Source: Alphaproteobacteria bacterium (lineage in GTDB: Bacteria > Pseudomonadota > Alphaproteobacteria > SP197). From it: a stretch of DNA of 64,000 nt. Within the stretch, counting starts at the first letter, position 1, and every line of letters starts with the position of its first letter. The DNA lies in the NCBI GenBank assembly GCA_964291415.2, contig OZ219920.1:288001-352000 (forward strand). Direction: 5' to 3'. The notes under the pieces are model-generated. The model was given only the letters and a program-made list of their open reading frames with translations. It had not been told where the DNA came from and made no database searches. A program made the position numbers and the translations under genes. Positions 19,298 to 31,419 of the stretch are shown piece by piece.

Positions 19298-20320
19298 TCA
19301 GCGTGTCGGGTCGTCAGAGACCCTGACGAGCTGCTTGCCGAAGTTGCGCCCCTCCATGAGACCGGCAAAGGCATCGGGCGCCTTCTCCAGGCCATCGACG
19401 ATGTCCTCGCGGTACCTGATCTCTCCCGACTGCACCCAGCGCTGCAGGCGAACCAGTCCTTCCTGGTAGCGATCCCGCCAGTCGAAGACGAGAAGGCCCT
19501 TCAGGGAGGCGCGCTTGACGAGGAAGTGACGCAGGTTGCGCGGACCGGTGGCCACGCTCGTGTCGTTGTACTGCGCGATCTGGCCGCAGATTGCGACACG
19601 CCCGCCCAGGGCGAGGTTCTCGATGGCGGCGTCGGTGATGGGTCCGCCGACATTGTCGAAGTAGCAGTCGATCCCATGGGGACAGGCGTCGGACAGCGCG
19701 ACGCTCATGTCGGCGGTGGTGCGATGGTTGATCGCACGGTCGAATCCGAGTTCGGTCGTGATGTAGGCGCACTTGTCGTCGGACCCGGCGATGCCGACCA
19801 CCCGGCAGCCGCCAATTCTGGCGATCTGCCCCACCACGGCGCCAACCGCGCCGGAGGCGGCGTTGACCACCAGCGTGTCGCCGGGCCTGGGCTGCAGCAC
19901 CTCGAGGGTTCCGAAATAGGCCGTCAGTCCCGGCATGCCGAGGACGCCGAGCGCGGTCGAGATGGGAGCGGCATCGGGATCGAGTTTCCGCAGTCCGTCG
20001 CCGCGGATCACGCCATGGGTCTGCCAGCCGATGTCTGCGGTGACAAAATCGCCGGCGGCGCACCGGGCGTGGCGCGAAGCGATGATCTCGCCCACGGCTT
20101 CCCCGACCATGACCTCGCCGATCTTCTGGGGTTCGGCGTATGAGGGGCCTGGGCGCAACCGGCCGCGCATGTAGGGATCCACCGAAAGGTAGATGGAGCG
20201 TACCAGCACCTCGCCCTCGGCGGGTTCCGGCACCGGAGTTTCGATGAGCCTGAAGTGACGAGCTTCGGGAGCGCCCGAAGGGTAGTCCTCGAGGACGAGT
20301 GCGCGGTTGATTGACGTCAT
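19298..20320 (-). CDS. NADP-dependent oxidoreductase (CurA/PTGR family)
   Basis: YLSVDPYMRG, LGMPGLTAYFG, AASGAVG, YFDNVGG and GRNFGK. Confidence 0.93.
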   Translation of the reverse strand: MTSINRALVLEDYPSGAPEARHFRLIETPVPEPAEGEVLVRSIYLSVDPYMRGRLRPGPSYAEPQKIGEVMVGEAVGEIIASRHARCAAGDFVTADIGWQTHGVIRGDGLRKLDPDAAPISTALGVLGMPGLTAYFGTLEVLQPRPGDTLVVNAASGAVGAVVGQIARIGGCRVVGIAGSDDKCAYITTELGFDRAINHRTTADMSVALSDACPHGIDCYFDNVGGPITDAAIENLALGGRVAICGQIAQYNDTSVATGPRNLRHFLVKRASLKGLLVFDWRDRYQEGLVRLQRWVQSGEIRYREDIVDGLEKAPDAFAGLMEGRNFGKQLVRVSDDPTR

Positions 20321-20346
20321 GGTCGTGATGCCTCGCGTTTGTCTGA

Positions 20347-21302
20347 TCAGGGCGTGGTTCCGGTGACCGCGCGGTAGTGCCTGAGGAAACCCACGAGGGC
20401 CTCGTCGCGCAGCGCTGCGAGGTCCTCCATGGTGCGATCACCCTGCAGCCTTGCGCATCCGGCCACCATCGTCTCGGTGAGTTCCGGTGTGATGGGCGGC
20501 GAGGGCAGGCGTGTCCAGGCATCGGCCACGGCCGGATCGAAGTGCTCCAGAAAATGCCGCATGCCGCCTTCGCCGCCGGCCATGTGAAAAAGCAGGCAGT
20601 AGCCCATGATGGCGAGGCGCGGGCCGAAACCGTGAACGATCGAGGCATCGATCTGTTCGGGTGTGGCCTCGCCGGCAGCGATCATGTGGAGAATCTCGTT
20701 CCAGATTGCCTGCTGCAGCCTGTCCGCGACGTGACCCGGCACCTCGCGGTCCAGCTTGAGCGGGTGCTTGCCCGCCGCCTTGTAGAAGGCACAGGCCCAG
20801 TCGACGGCTTCCGCGGCGGTCTGCCGGCCTCCCACCACTTCGACCAGCGGCATGAGGTAGGGCGGATTGAAGGGATGTCCCAGCACCATGCGCGCGGCGT
20901 TGCCGGCGCCGGCCTGGATTTCGCTCATGAGAAGTCCGGATGTGGAGGATGCGATGACCACGTCGTTCGCCATGGCCGAATCGAGGCGGGCATAGAGGTC
21001 CTGCTTGATGTCGAGTCGCTCGGGCGCGCTTTCCTGGACAAAGTCCGCTTCCAGAACCGCTTCGTCGAGATTCGTGGTGAAGCGTGGCTCCCTCGCTGCC
21101 GAGGCGTCGGTGCCCATGGCCACGAGGCTGGGCCAGGCCGTCTCGATGATGCGGTGCAGCGTCTCCTCGGCTCCGGGATCGGGATCGTGGACGATGACGT
21201 CGTACCCGGCGGCCAGGAAACCTGCGGCCCAGCCGGAGCCGATGAGCCCCCCGCCTATGCAGGCAACGCGCCTGACATCCCCGGGGTCGGGGCGGTCGAA
21301 AC

Positions 21303-21306
<4 letters not shown>
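20347..21306 (-). CDS. L-carnitine dehydrogenase-like 3-hydroxyacyl-CoA dehydrogenase
   Basis: IGGGLIGSGWAA, VQESAPERLDIK, SSTSGL, GHPFNPPYLMPLVE, FHMAGGEGGMRHFLEHF. Confidence 0.85.
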
Positions 21307-22994
<1,688 letters not shown>

Positions 22995-23126
22995 TGTCAG
23001 TGTCCAGGTCTTCTTTGCCGCTTGTCCCGGTTCTGTCAATGCCTGATCAGCAGCGGTTCCATCGGCGGCGGAATTGTGCAGTATCGAGGATGAGCGGACC
23101 CCGCACCCGCGGTGGAAGGAATCCTC

Positions 23127-24098
23127 ATGAGCGCCGGTGTTCGAGGCATTCTCTTCATGGTGGCGGGCTGTGCGCTCATCGTCTTCAACGATGTCATCGT
23201 CAAGCTCTTGACCGAACAATATCCGGTGGGTCAGGCGATGTTCGTGCGCTCGCTGTTCGTCATCCCGCCGGTGCTGCTCTTCGCTCTCCACGAAGGGCGG
23301 CTCAGCAATCTCCGGGTGCACAACGTCAAGGGCCAGGCCCTGCGCTCGGCGATCGTGGTGACGGGCATGTTCCTGTTTCTGACGGCCATCACCTTGATGC
23401 CGATCGCCGACGCCCTTGCCATCGCCTTCGCTGCTCCCCTGATGGCCACGGCGCTGGCCGTGCCCCTTCTCGGCGAACGGGTCGGATGGCGTCGTTGGTC
23501 GGCGGTCGTCGTCGGCCTTGCCGGTGTCATCCTGGTTCTCAGGCCGACAGGAGAGGGCATCGCCGCCGTGGCGTTGCTGCCCCTTGGCAGCGCGGTCACC
23601 CTCGCCCTGCGCGACATCCTGACGCGCCGGCTCAGCGTTTCGGACTCATCCTCCTCGATCCTCATGTTCACGACCCTGGCGGTCATGGGTGCCTCCCTTG
23701 CCTCGTCCCTGGCGGATCCGCTGCTGGGCTGGACGTCAGCCGCATGGCAGCCCATGACGGTGGGACATGTCGCCATGCTCGCCGCCGCCGGCGTTCTGCT
23801 GGCCGGCGCCCAGTATGCGATGATCGAGGCCGTGCGCCTCGCTGAAATCGGCCTTGTCGCGCCGTTCAAGTACACGAGCATGGTGTGGGCCGTGCTCACC
23901 GGATACCTGGTCTTTGGCACGGTACCGGACATCTGGATCATTTCCGGATCAACCCTGGTCGTGACCAGCGGTCTCTACATGCTGCACCGGGAGGCAACCC
24001 TGAAAAAGGACCGGCGGACCGTGCCGCAAAGACCCGAGACCACCGTGCCCCAGCGGGCGGCCGCCAGGGCCAAGAGACCGGCAGACAGGACGGCGTGA
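23127..24098 (+). CDS. DMT/EamA family transporter
   Basis: About 10 TM segments; LLGERVGWRRWSAVVVG and VAPFKY. Confidence 0.9.
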   Translation: MSAGVRGILFMVAGCALIVFNDVIVKLLTEQYPVGQAMFVRSLFVIPPVLLFALHEGRLSNLRVHNVKGQALRSAIVVTGMFLFLTAITLMPIADALAIAFAAPLMATALAVPLLGERVGWRRWSAVVVGLAGVILVLRPTGEGIAAVALLPLGSAVTLALRDILTRRLSVSDSSSSILMFTTLAVMGASLASSLADPLLGWTSAAWQPMTVGHVAMLAAAGVLLAGAQYAMIEAVRLAEIGLVAPFKYTSMVWAVLTGYLVFGTVPDIWIISGSTLVVTSGLYMLHREATLKKDRRTVPQRPETTVPQRAAARAKRPADRTA

Positions 24099-24109
24099 GC
24101 CGCGGTGAT

Positions 24110-24270
24110 GACGATGTGCCCGTCCTCCGCAGCGCCACCACCTCGCGGATGCAGCGATCCTCGATCTCGCGCCGCTCTCCATCGCCGGTCTCGCCGCGCT
24201 GGTGGGCCTCCGGCGCGCGCATGACGCTGCCGACGAGGCCGGCGCGGAACGGCGGCCTTCCCGGTCGCAT
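24110..24270 (-). pseudogene. Degenerate N-terminal remnant of cobalamin-independent methionine synthase II-like gene
   Basis: PPFRAGLVGSVMR...REIEDRCIREVVAL resembles the PPFRADHVGSLLR...IEDxAIxEVV N-terminus; similarity then stops. Confidence 0.55.
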
Positions 24271-24407
24271 GGCGCTGTCTTCCCCGGGTCCCGGCATTCG
24301 TCAGTCGTCCGGCCTGACACCCGGGACTGGGTGGGCAAGCTCGTCGGCGGCGGTCGCGCGGTTCCCGTGCTAGCATCGGAGCGTCACGGCTTCCCCCGGA
24401 TCGAGAC

Positions 24408-25244
24408 ATGCCGGAGTTCATCAGCGCATACGAACCAGCGATCAGGGTCGGCTGCTTCCTCGGCATCTTCGCCGCGGTCGCGCTGTGGGAGCTGGCGGCG
24501 CCGCGCCGCGCGCCCTCCCAGCCGCGCTGGCTGCGCTGGTACGCCAATATCGGGGTCGTCGTCTTCAACACCGTGGTGGCGCGGCTGATCTTTCCGTTCT
24601 TGCCCGTCGCGCTGGCGGCGGTCGCCGCGGAGCGCGGCTGGGGCGTCCTCAACCTGATCGCGCTGCCGCTCTGGCTGGACATCGTCATCGCGGTCCTCGT
24701 CCTCGACCTGGTCATCTATCTGCAGCACGTCATGTTCCATGCCGTGCCGGCGCTCTGGCGGCTGCATCGCATGCACCACGCCGACCTCGACTTCGACGTG
24801 ACGACCGGATCGCGATTCCACCCCATCGAGTTCTTCCTGTCGGTCCTCCTGAAGCTCGCCGCCGTCGCGCTGCTCGGCCCGCCTGCCGTGGCGGTCCTGG
24901 TCTTCGAGGTGCTGCTGAACGGCACCTCGATGTTCAACCACGGCAATCTGCGCCTGCCGACGGGCCTCGACCGGGTGCTGCGCTGGGCGATCGTCACGCC
25001 CGACATGCACCGCGTGCACCACTCCGACATCCCGGCCGAGACCAACAGCAATTTCGGCTTCAACCTGCCTTGGTGGGACCGCCTGTTCGGCACCTACCGG
25101 GCGCAGCCCGGCCTCGGGCACGAGGACATGACCATCGGCCTCGACGCGTTCCGCGACGGCGCCGAACTGCATCTGCACAACATGCTGATCCAGCCCTTCC
25201 GGCGCGGCGAAGGCGAGTACGCGATCAACCGCCGTCCCCGGTGA
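24408..25244 (+). CDS. Sterol desaturase/fatty acid hydroxylase family
   Basis: His boxes YLQHVMFH, LWRLHRMHH, RFHP.E, FNHGN and MHRVHHS; NFG..L.WWDRLFGT. Confidence 0.92.
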   Translation: MPEFISAYEPAIRVGCFLGIFAAVALWELAAPRRAPSQPRWLRWYANIGVVVFNTVVARLIFPFLPVALAAVAAERGWGVLNLIALPLWLDIVIAVLVLDLVIYLQHVMFHAVPALWRLHRMHHADLDFDVTTGSRFHPIEFFLSVLLKLAAVALLGPPAVAVLVFEVLLNGTSMFNHGNLRLPTGLDRVLRWAIVTPDMHRVHHSDIPAETNSNFGFNLPWWDRLFGTYRAQPGLGHEDMTIGLDAFRDGAELHLHNMLIQPFRRGEGEYAINRRPR

Positions 25245-25646
25245 GGCGTCCTCCGACAGGGGCTTGTCCGGATCACGTGACGGACGGGTGACCCACGACG
25301 TTTCTGCCGTCGTGCCCGGACCTCTTCCCGGCGCCCGTGATGTCGGCGATCGGCCGTCCACGGAACCAGGGCAAGGATCTGCCTGGCGCAGCAGCTTCGG
25401 TAAACCACGAAAGTCCGCGGCTTCCGATTCCGTGCGTGTCGATGAAGCACCTCTTCGGCGACGACCTCGAACACGAGCTCCACCGGTGCAGCTGGAGCAC
25501 TGCATCCGGATGCGGCAAGCATCGCCCGCGCGCATCGCCGCCGATCCTCCAGATCCGCTTTCCTTGGATTCCCCTTGCCTTGAGTTGCAGATGCGGGAGA
25601 ATCCGATACGGAATCGTCCCGCAGTTGAAGTGGAGAGAGGGAAGAA

Positions 25647-26441
25647 GTGGCTTTAAATCAGTCGTTTGGCATCTCTGGTGCGTCGGGACGGTGTGACGGC
25701 AAGCGGGCGCTCGTCACCGGTGCCGCCTCGGGAATCGGTGCGGCGACAGCCCGTCTCCTCGCCGGTGAAGGCGCCAGGGTCATGCTGGCGGATGTCGACG
25801 AGGCCGGTGCCGCGCGTGTCGCTGGAGACATCGGCGAAGCGGCTTCGTCAACCTTTCTGGACGTCTGCCGGGCCGACTCCTGGTCCGCTGCCGCTGCCAC
25901 CACCGTTGCGCGCCTGGGCGGCTGGGATGTGCTGGTGAACTGTGCGGGCATCCTGCGCCGTGGCACCATCGAGACGACGACCCTGGCGACATGGCACGAG
26001 GTGCTGGACGTCAATCTCCGGGGCACATGGCTTGGCGCCAGGGAGGCGGTAAGGCACATGCAGGGCACCGGGGGCGTCATCGTCAATCTCTCTTCGGTTT
26101 CGGGCATCGTCGGCGACCAGGACCTGTGCGCCTACGACGCCAGCAAGGGGGGTGTCAGGCTGCTGACCAAGGCGATCGCCGATCATGCGACCCGCCATGG
26201 CCTCGGTGTCCGCTGCAACTCCGTCCATCCGGGCGTCATCGAAACGCCCATGGTGGCGAACTACATCGCCGAATCCGATGATCCGGTGGCCGAGCGCGCC
26301 CTGTGGGACAGCTACACGCCAGAGGGTGTGACGGGGCATCCGGATGATGTCGGTCATCTCATCGTCTTCCTGGTCAGCGACGAATCCCGGCTTGTCGACG
26401 GTGCGGAACTCGTCATCGACGGCGGGGGAACGGTGGAATGA
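25647..26441 (+). CDS. SDR family oxidoreductase
   Basis: [13 protein letters not shown] and CNSVHPG. Confidence 0.92.
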   Translation: MALNQSFGISGASGRCDGKRALVTGAASGIGAATARLLAGEGARVMLADVDEAGAARVAGDIGEAASSTFLDVCRADSWSAAAATTVARLGGWDVLVNCAGILRRGTIETTTLATWHEVLDVNLRGTWLGAREAVRHMQGTGGVIVNLSSVSGIVGDQDLCAYDASKGGVRLLTKAIADHATRHGLGVRCNSVHPGVIETPMVANYIAESDDPVAERALWDSYTPEGVTGHPDDVGHLIVFLVSDESRLVDGAELVIDGGGTVE

Positions 26442-27199
26442 CACGTCGGCTCCGCCACAAGACGGCGCTCGTCACCGGGGCTGCCTCCGGAATCGGACGC
26501 CAGAGCGCCATCCGCATGGCCGAGGAAGGGGCGCTGGTGTGCATCACCGACATCGATGACGAGGGCCTGGCCGGGACACTCGACCTGCTGTCCGGACGCG
26601 GGTTCAGCCTGCATCATGATGTCACCGACGAAGACTCCTGGCGTTCCACCATTGCCGTTGCGCTGGAGCGATTCGGCAAACTGCAGATTCTGGTCAACTG
26701 CGCCGGAATCGGCGTACGCCACGACAACATCGCGGAACTCGAGGAGGAGGGCTGGGACCGGCTCATGGCCGTCAATCTCCATGGCACGTTCATGGGGTGC
26801 CAGCAGGCGATTGCCTGCATGAGGCAGGCAGGAGGCGGTTCCCTCATCAACATCTCGTCGGTTCTCGGTATCAGGGGATCGGCCGACGCCCTCTCCTACT
26901 GCGCCAGCAAGGGCGCCGTGCGTCTTCTGACGAAGTCGATCGCCGTCCATTGCGGCCGTCAGGGATACAACATCCGCTGCAATGCCATCTGCCCCGGCTA
27001 CATCGCCACGCCCCTGGGTCTCTCGGTGAGAGAGTCCCTGGGTGATGAGGAGTTCCAGCGCCTCGTCGACAAGCACGTGGTCGGCCGCATGGGCGTTGCG
27101 GACGACGTTGCCGGCATGGTGGTCTACCTCGCCAGCGACGAATCGTCGTTCGTGACGGGAACGGAGATGGTTGTGGACGGTGGCTACACGGCCGGATGA
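26438..27199 (+). CDS. SDR family oxidoreductase
   Basis: [20 protein letters not shown] and VDGG. Confidence 0.93.
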   Translation: MTRRLRHKTALVTGAASGIGRQSAIRMAEEGALVCITDIDDEGLAGTLDLLSGRGFSLHHDVTDEDSWRSTIAVALERFGKLQILVNCAGIGVRHDNIAELEEEGWDRLMAVNLHGTFMGCQQAIACMRQAGGGSLINISSVLGIRGSADALSYCASKGAVRLLTKSIAVHCGRQGYNIRCNAICPGYIATPLGLSVRESLGDEEFQRLVDKHVVGRMGVADDVAGMVVYLASDESSFVTGTEMVVDGGYTAG

Positions 27200-28602
27200 T
27201 GACGAGGACCCAGCAGGCAGCAGCTGATGCCTGGGTGACGGTCGAGCCCGAGGTGTGGTCCATGTACCGCCGCATCTGGGACGAACCGGAACTCGGCATG
27301 ATGGAGTACAACGCCGAAGCATGGCTTTCGGCCTGGCTCGCCGATCACGGTTTCAGCGTCGAGCGCGGCGTGTGCGGCATGCCCACGGCATTCCGTGCGG
27401 TATGGTCATCCGGTGACGGGCCTCGACTGGGCTTTCTGGCGGAGTACGACGCGCTTCCAGGGCAGGGCAACCGCCTCGAACCTCTCAAGGCACCGGACGG
27501 CAAGCGGGCAGGCCATGCGTGCGGCCACAACCTGATCGCCGGCACCGGCGCCGGCAGCGCCATCGCCGCGCGCCACGCCATGGAAGAAGGCGGGCTCGAA
27601 GGCACCATCGTCTGTCTTGGCACGCCGGCCGAGGAAATCCTCTGGGGCAAGATCGCGATGCTTCGCCGTGGCGCATTCGAGGGCATCGACATGCTGTTTG
27701 CCAACCATGCCGACTACCAGAACGGCGCCGTCTCCAGACCCTGCCTTTCCTGCGTGTCGTTCGAGCTCCTGTTCGAGGGCACGGCCTCCCATGGCGGGGC
27801 GCGGCGTTCGGGCAATGCCCTCGACGGTGCGGAACTCTTCGTGCAGTCGATGGAGCGCCTGCGCGCCCACCAGTTCGGCGATGTCGTGATCGGCCATGTC
27901 CTGCGCTTTGCCGGCTACATGCCGTCGATCACGCCTGACGAGGCACGCCTGTGGATCACCGTGCGGCACGAGTCCTTCGAGAGAGCCCGGGATGTTGCCC
28001 GCCAACTCGTTCCCCTGGCCGGTGACTGCGCCCGCCATACGCACACGCGGGTTGTCGACATGCTGATTTCGGCGTCCCGGGGCTACCTGGCGAACGACGC
28101 GCTGGGCGGGGTCCTGTACCGCCACATGCGGGAGATCGGACCGCCGGCGTGGGATGAGGAGGACACCGCCTACATGCGGTCTCTCGCCGAGGCCTGCAGC
28201 CCGGACGCGGACTTCGAGTGGGATCGTGACATTGGCTTCCATACGGAAGGCTGCGACCCCTACGGTCAGGACGACGGGGAGGCGAGCTGGTCCATTCCCC
28301 TGGCGCGGGCCAACTGGTCATGTCCCTCAGGTGTCCTGCTTCACAACTGGGCCATGACCTCGGCCTCGGGTCACGCCAGCCAGATCAAGGGCGCGTCCTT
28401 TGCCGGGAAGGCGATCGCCATGGCGGCGATCGACCTCGTTGAAGATCCGGGCCAGATCGACGCTGCGAAAAAGGAGCTGACCCACCGGACCAAGGGATAC
28501 GTCATCAGCGAACCGCGCTGCGGCGGGTTCGAGGTGATGACGACGTGCCCCGAGACCTTCTGGGACGGCACCTGGTCGGGGCGTGACCGGGTCGATCCGT
28601 GA
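27196..28602 (+). CDS. M20 amidohydrolase (AbgB-like)
   Basis: PELGMME, PTAF, LAEYDALPG, GHACGHNL and GTPAEE. Confidence 0.88.
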   Translation: MMTRTQQAAADAWVTVEPEVWSMYRRIWDEPELGMMEYNAEAWLSAWLADHGFSVERGVCGMPTAFRAVWSSGDGPRLGFLAEYDALPGQGNRLEPLKAPDGKRAGHACGHNLIAGTGAGSAIAARHAMEEGGLEGTIVCLGTPAEEILWGKIAMLRRGAFEGIDMLFANHADYQNGAVSRPCLSCVSFELLFEGTASHGGARRSGNALDGAELFVQSMERLRAHQFGDVVIGHVLRFAGYMPSITPDEARLWITVRHESFERARDVARQLVPLAGDCARHTHTRVVDMLISASRGYLANDALGGVLYRHMREIGPPAWDEEDTAYMRSLAEACSPDADFEWDRDIGFHTEGCDPYGQDDGEASWSIPLARANWSCPSGVLLHNWAMTSASGHASQIKGASFAGKAIAMAAIDLVEDPGQIDAAKKELTHRTKGYVISEPRCGGFEVMTTCPETFWDGTWSGRDRVDP

Positions 28603-29564
28603 CCGTCATCGTTCCCGATGCCGCGAGACTTCCGGTCATCGTGGTGACGGGGTTCCTGGGAAGTGGCAAGACCACCCTGCTGCGGCATCTGTTGCGTGCG
28701 CCGGAGTTCGCCGACACGGCGGTGATCATCAACGAATTCGGTGAAACCGGTCTCGACCACGTGCTCGTCGAGACGAGCGAGGACAGCATCCTCCTGCTCG
28801 AGAACGGCTGTCTGTGCTGTGGTCTGAGGAGCGATCTCGTCTCCACCCTCCTTGATCTCCTCGCAAGGCGCGAAAGGGGAGAGGTGCCGGCCTTCCGGCG
28901 GGTCGTCGTCGAGACCTCGGGCCTGGCCGATCCGGTACCGCTGCTGCAGACCTTCATCAGCGATCCCCTGCGACTCTCCCTCTACGATCCGGGGGGTGTG
29001 GTGACCTGTCTCGATGCCGTGAACGGTTCCGCCGCCATCGACCGCCACCGGAATGCCGGACGCCAGCTGGCCCTTGCCGATACCATCGTCGTCACCAAGG
29101 GTGATCTGGCGTCCACCGGCGACGTCACGGATCAGGCGAAACGTCGCAACGGGCGGGCCCGGATTGTCGAGGCGCGGATGGGGAGGGCGGATCCCCGGGA
29201 CGTGCTGCGCCAGCCGGTTGCCATGGACCTCGACGACATGCCGGGCGGGAGCGGCCACGGGTCCATCGTCTCGGTCACGTGGAAGGACATCCGTCCGCTG
29301 ACATGGCTCGAGGTGGAAAGGGCTGTCGGCTCCCTCGTGGCACGCCATGGCGAGCGCCTGCTCAGGCTCAAGGGCCTGCTCGATGTCGAGGGCGAGGCGG
29401 GCCCGGTGGCGATCGACGGCGTGCAGCACCTCTTCCACAGGCCACGGGTGCTGGAGTCGTGGCCAGGGAGCGTGACGTCGCCGGTTCTCGTGGCCATCGC
29501 CGAGGAGACAACGCGCCTGGAACTCGAGGGCTGGCTCAGGAAGGCTTGTAGCTCACAGGCTTGA
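28599..29564 (+). CDS. CobW/COG0523 metallochaperone GTPase
   Basis: GFLGSGKTT, NEFGE, GCLCC, ETSGLADP, TKGD and LRLKG. Confidence 0.93.
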   Translation: MTVIVPDAARLPVIVVTGFLGSGKTTLLRHLLRAPEFADTAVIINEFGETGLDHVLVETSEDSILLLENGCLCCGLRSDLVSTLLDLLARRERGEVPAFRRVVVETSGLADPVPLLQTFISDPLRLSLYDPGGVVTCLDAVNGSAAIDRHRNAGRQLALADTIVVTKGDLASTGDVTDQAKRRNGRARIVEARMGRADPRDVLRQPVAMDLDDMPGGSGHGSIVSVTWKDIRPLTWLEVERAVGSLVARHGERLLRLKGLLDVEGEAGPVAIDGVQHLFHRPRVLESWPGSVTSPVLVAIAEETTRLELEGWLRKACSSQA

Positions 29565-30918
29565 AGCGCAGCCAGAAACGGGTCAACGGTCCCGGTTCCC
29601 GGCCTTCGTGGTCGAGACGGTCCTTGCGCTCGATGGCGGCACGCACCGCGTGGCCGCCAATCCAGCGGAAGGGCTCCCGGGGGAAGGCCCGTTGCGGTTG
29701 CGTCACCAGGGGCGAGCGGCTCCATGCGTCATCCCTTTCCTGGACCAGCGAGGCGAGGATGTGGCTGCCGACCCGCGACGGCACGATGCCGGCGCCGGAG
29801 TATCCGCAACCGAAGACGATATCGGGCGACGTCCCGAGGTGTCCGAACATGGGAAGCCCGTCACGGGATCTGTCGATGGGACCGCACCAGGTCCCTTCGA
29901 TGGCGACGTCGGCGAGGGCCGGGTGATAGGCGGCCATGATGGCGCGCAGCTCCCTGGTGCTGCGGCGCGTACGCTTGAGCGAGGCATCGATCCGGTCTCC
30001 GAAGGGAAGGGCGCCGCCCGACTTGGTGACGACAATGCGCCCGTCCGCCGTCGGCCGGCAGGACTCGATGAAGGTGCGCGAATCGGTGAAGCCCGGCGCA
30101 CCGGCAAGACCGAGGGAGTCGAGGAGACCCGGAACGGGCACGGTCATCGCCGCATCGGTGACCATCACCATGAGAGCCGGCCGGATCTCCGGCAAGGAGA
30201 GCGACCACCCGTAGAGGGCCAGCACGACCTTGCGTGCGGTGAGAGTACCGCGGGGGGTGATGACGCCAGGCGGGGTCGAGCGCTTGAGGCGTGTCATCTC
30301 GGTCTTCTCGAAAACACGGACCTCCAGGGAGAGCGCTTCGCGTCTCAGGGCACGGACCAGATGGCCGGGGTGGAGGGTGGCGCTCGCGGTATCGACGACG
30401 CCGGCAACGAGCGCGTCGCTGCCCGTCAGAGACCGGATGTCGTCGGTCCCCAGAAGGCGGAAGCTGTGGATCTGACGGGATTCCATCAGGTCCAGCATGT
30501 CGTCCCAGTGGCCTGACTGTCTCTGGCAGGTCGCCGCCCAGACCGTCGGCGCGGAACTCAGGGCAATGTCATTGCCCCGCTTGCCGGCAAGGGCCCGGAT
30601 ATCGTCGATGGCTTCGATGGAAGCCCTGCCGATGTGGAGAGCGGCTTCGGTCCCTGCGGCACGTTCCAGCGCCGGAACCTGAAGCCACATGGGCAGGGCA
30701 AAGCCGGCATTGGCGCCGCTTCCTCCGGCGCCGCACACATCGCGTTCGATGACGGCGACATCGAGGGAGGGATCACGCCTCTTGAGTTCGATGGCGGTCC
30801 AGAGGCCGGTGTAGCCGCCGCCGACGATGGCGACGTCGACCGCAAGATCGCCCTCGAGCGGCGTGATGCGGGCAGCGGCATCCGCCGCCATCGCCTGGGT
30901 CAGCCAGACGCTCCGCAT
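29536..30918 (-). CDS. FAD-dependent oxidoreductase (DAO/PuuB family)
   Basis: VAIVGGGYTGLWTA, GGSGANAG, W.GPID and GYSGAG. Confidence 0.9.
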   Translation of the reverse strand: MRSVWLTQAMAADAAARITPLEGDLAVDVAIVGGGYTGLWTAIELKRRDPSLDVAVIERDVCGAGGSGANAGFALPMWLQVPALERAAGTEAALHIGRASIEAIDDIRALAGKRGNDIALSSAPTVWAATCQRQSGHWDDMLDLMESRQIHSFRLLGTDDIRSLTGSDALVAGVVDTASATLHPGHLVRALRREALSLEVRVFEKTEMTRLKRSTPPGVITPRGTLTARKVVLALYGWSLSLPEIRPALMVMVTDAAMTVPVPGLLDSLGLAGAPGFTDSRTFIESCRPTADGRIVVTKSGGALPFGDRIDASLKRTRRSTRELRAIMAAYHPALADVAIEGTWCGPIDRSRDGLPMFGHLGTSPDIVFGCGYSGAGIVPSRVGSHILASLVQERDDAWSRSPLVTQPQRAFPREPFRWIGGHAVRAAIERKDRLDHEGREPGPLTRFWLRFKPVSYKPS

Positions 30919-30919
30919 G

Positions 30920-31261
30920 TCACGACCGGCGCCGCGCCGGTGCCACGGCAAGGGGGGCGACCGTCGATGTCGTGCGCGGAGGTGGATGAGTTTCCAGGTG
31001 CTGGCGGATGATGGCGAGTTCCCTTGCTTCGCCGAAACCCCGGGCAACGAAGAGGCGCTCGGCAGCCGCAAGCCAGCGCTCATAGTAGTCATGGCCATCC
31101 GCCGAGCCGTGACTCGCGATCTCGTCGATCAGCAGTTCCTGGAAGGCGCTCCATTCATAGTGACCGGCGCCGTGCATCGCATTGACCAGGGCGAAGATGC
31201 GCGCCTGCCACGGCTCTTCGAACGTGCGTTCGTCTCCCGGTCCGTTTCGATCACTTGCCAC
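30920..31261 (-). CDS. Nitrile hydratase accessory protein-like (NHase beta N-terminal-like)
   Basis: FEEPWQARIFAL...YEWSAFQELLIDEI...YYERWLAAAERL; start estimated at GTG 31261. Confidence 0.82.
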   Translation of the reverse strand: MASDRNGPGDERTFEEPWQARIFALVNAMHGAGHYEWSAFQELLIDEIASHGSADGHDYYERWLAAAERLFVARGFGEARELAIIRQHLETHPPPRTTSTVAPLAVAPARRRS

Positions 31262-31419
31262 CAGGCATTCTCCCCAGACGAGACCGCCAGCGTAACGCAC
31301 CGCGTCATCCGGGCAAGGGACACGACGGGCCGCCGGAGTCGGGCCTGGCCGGCGGGCATTGTCCCGGCAGACCGGCCGGCCTACCCTCGACGCTTCACGA
31401 GGCAATGCGGCACACAACC

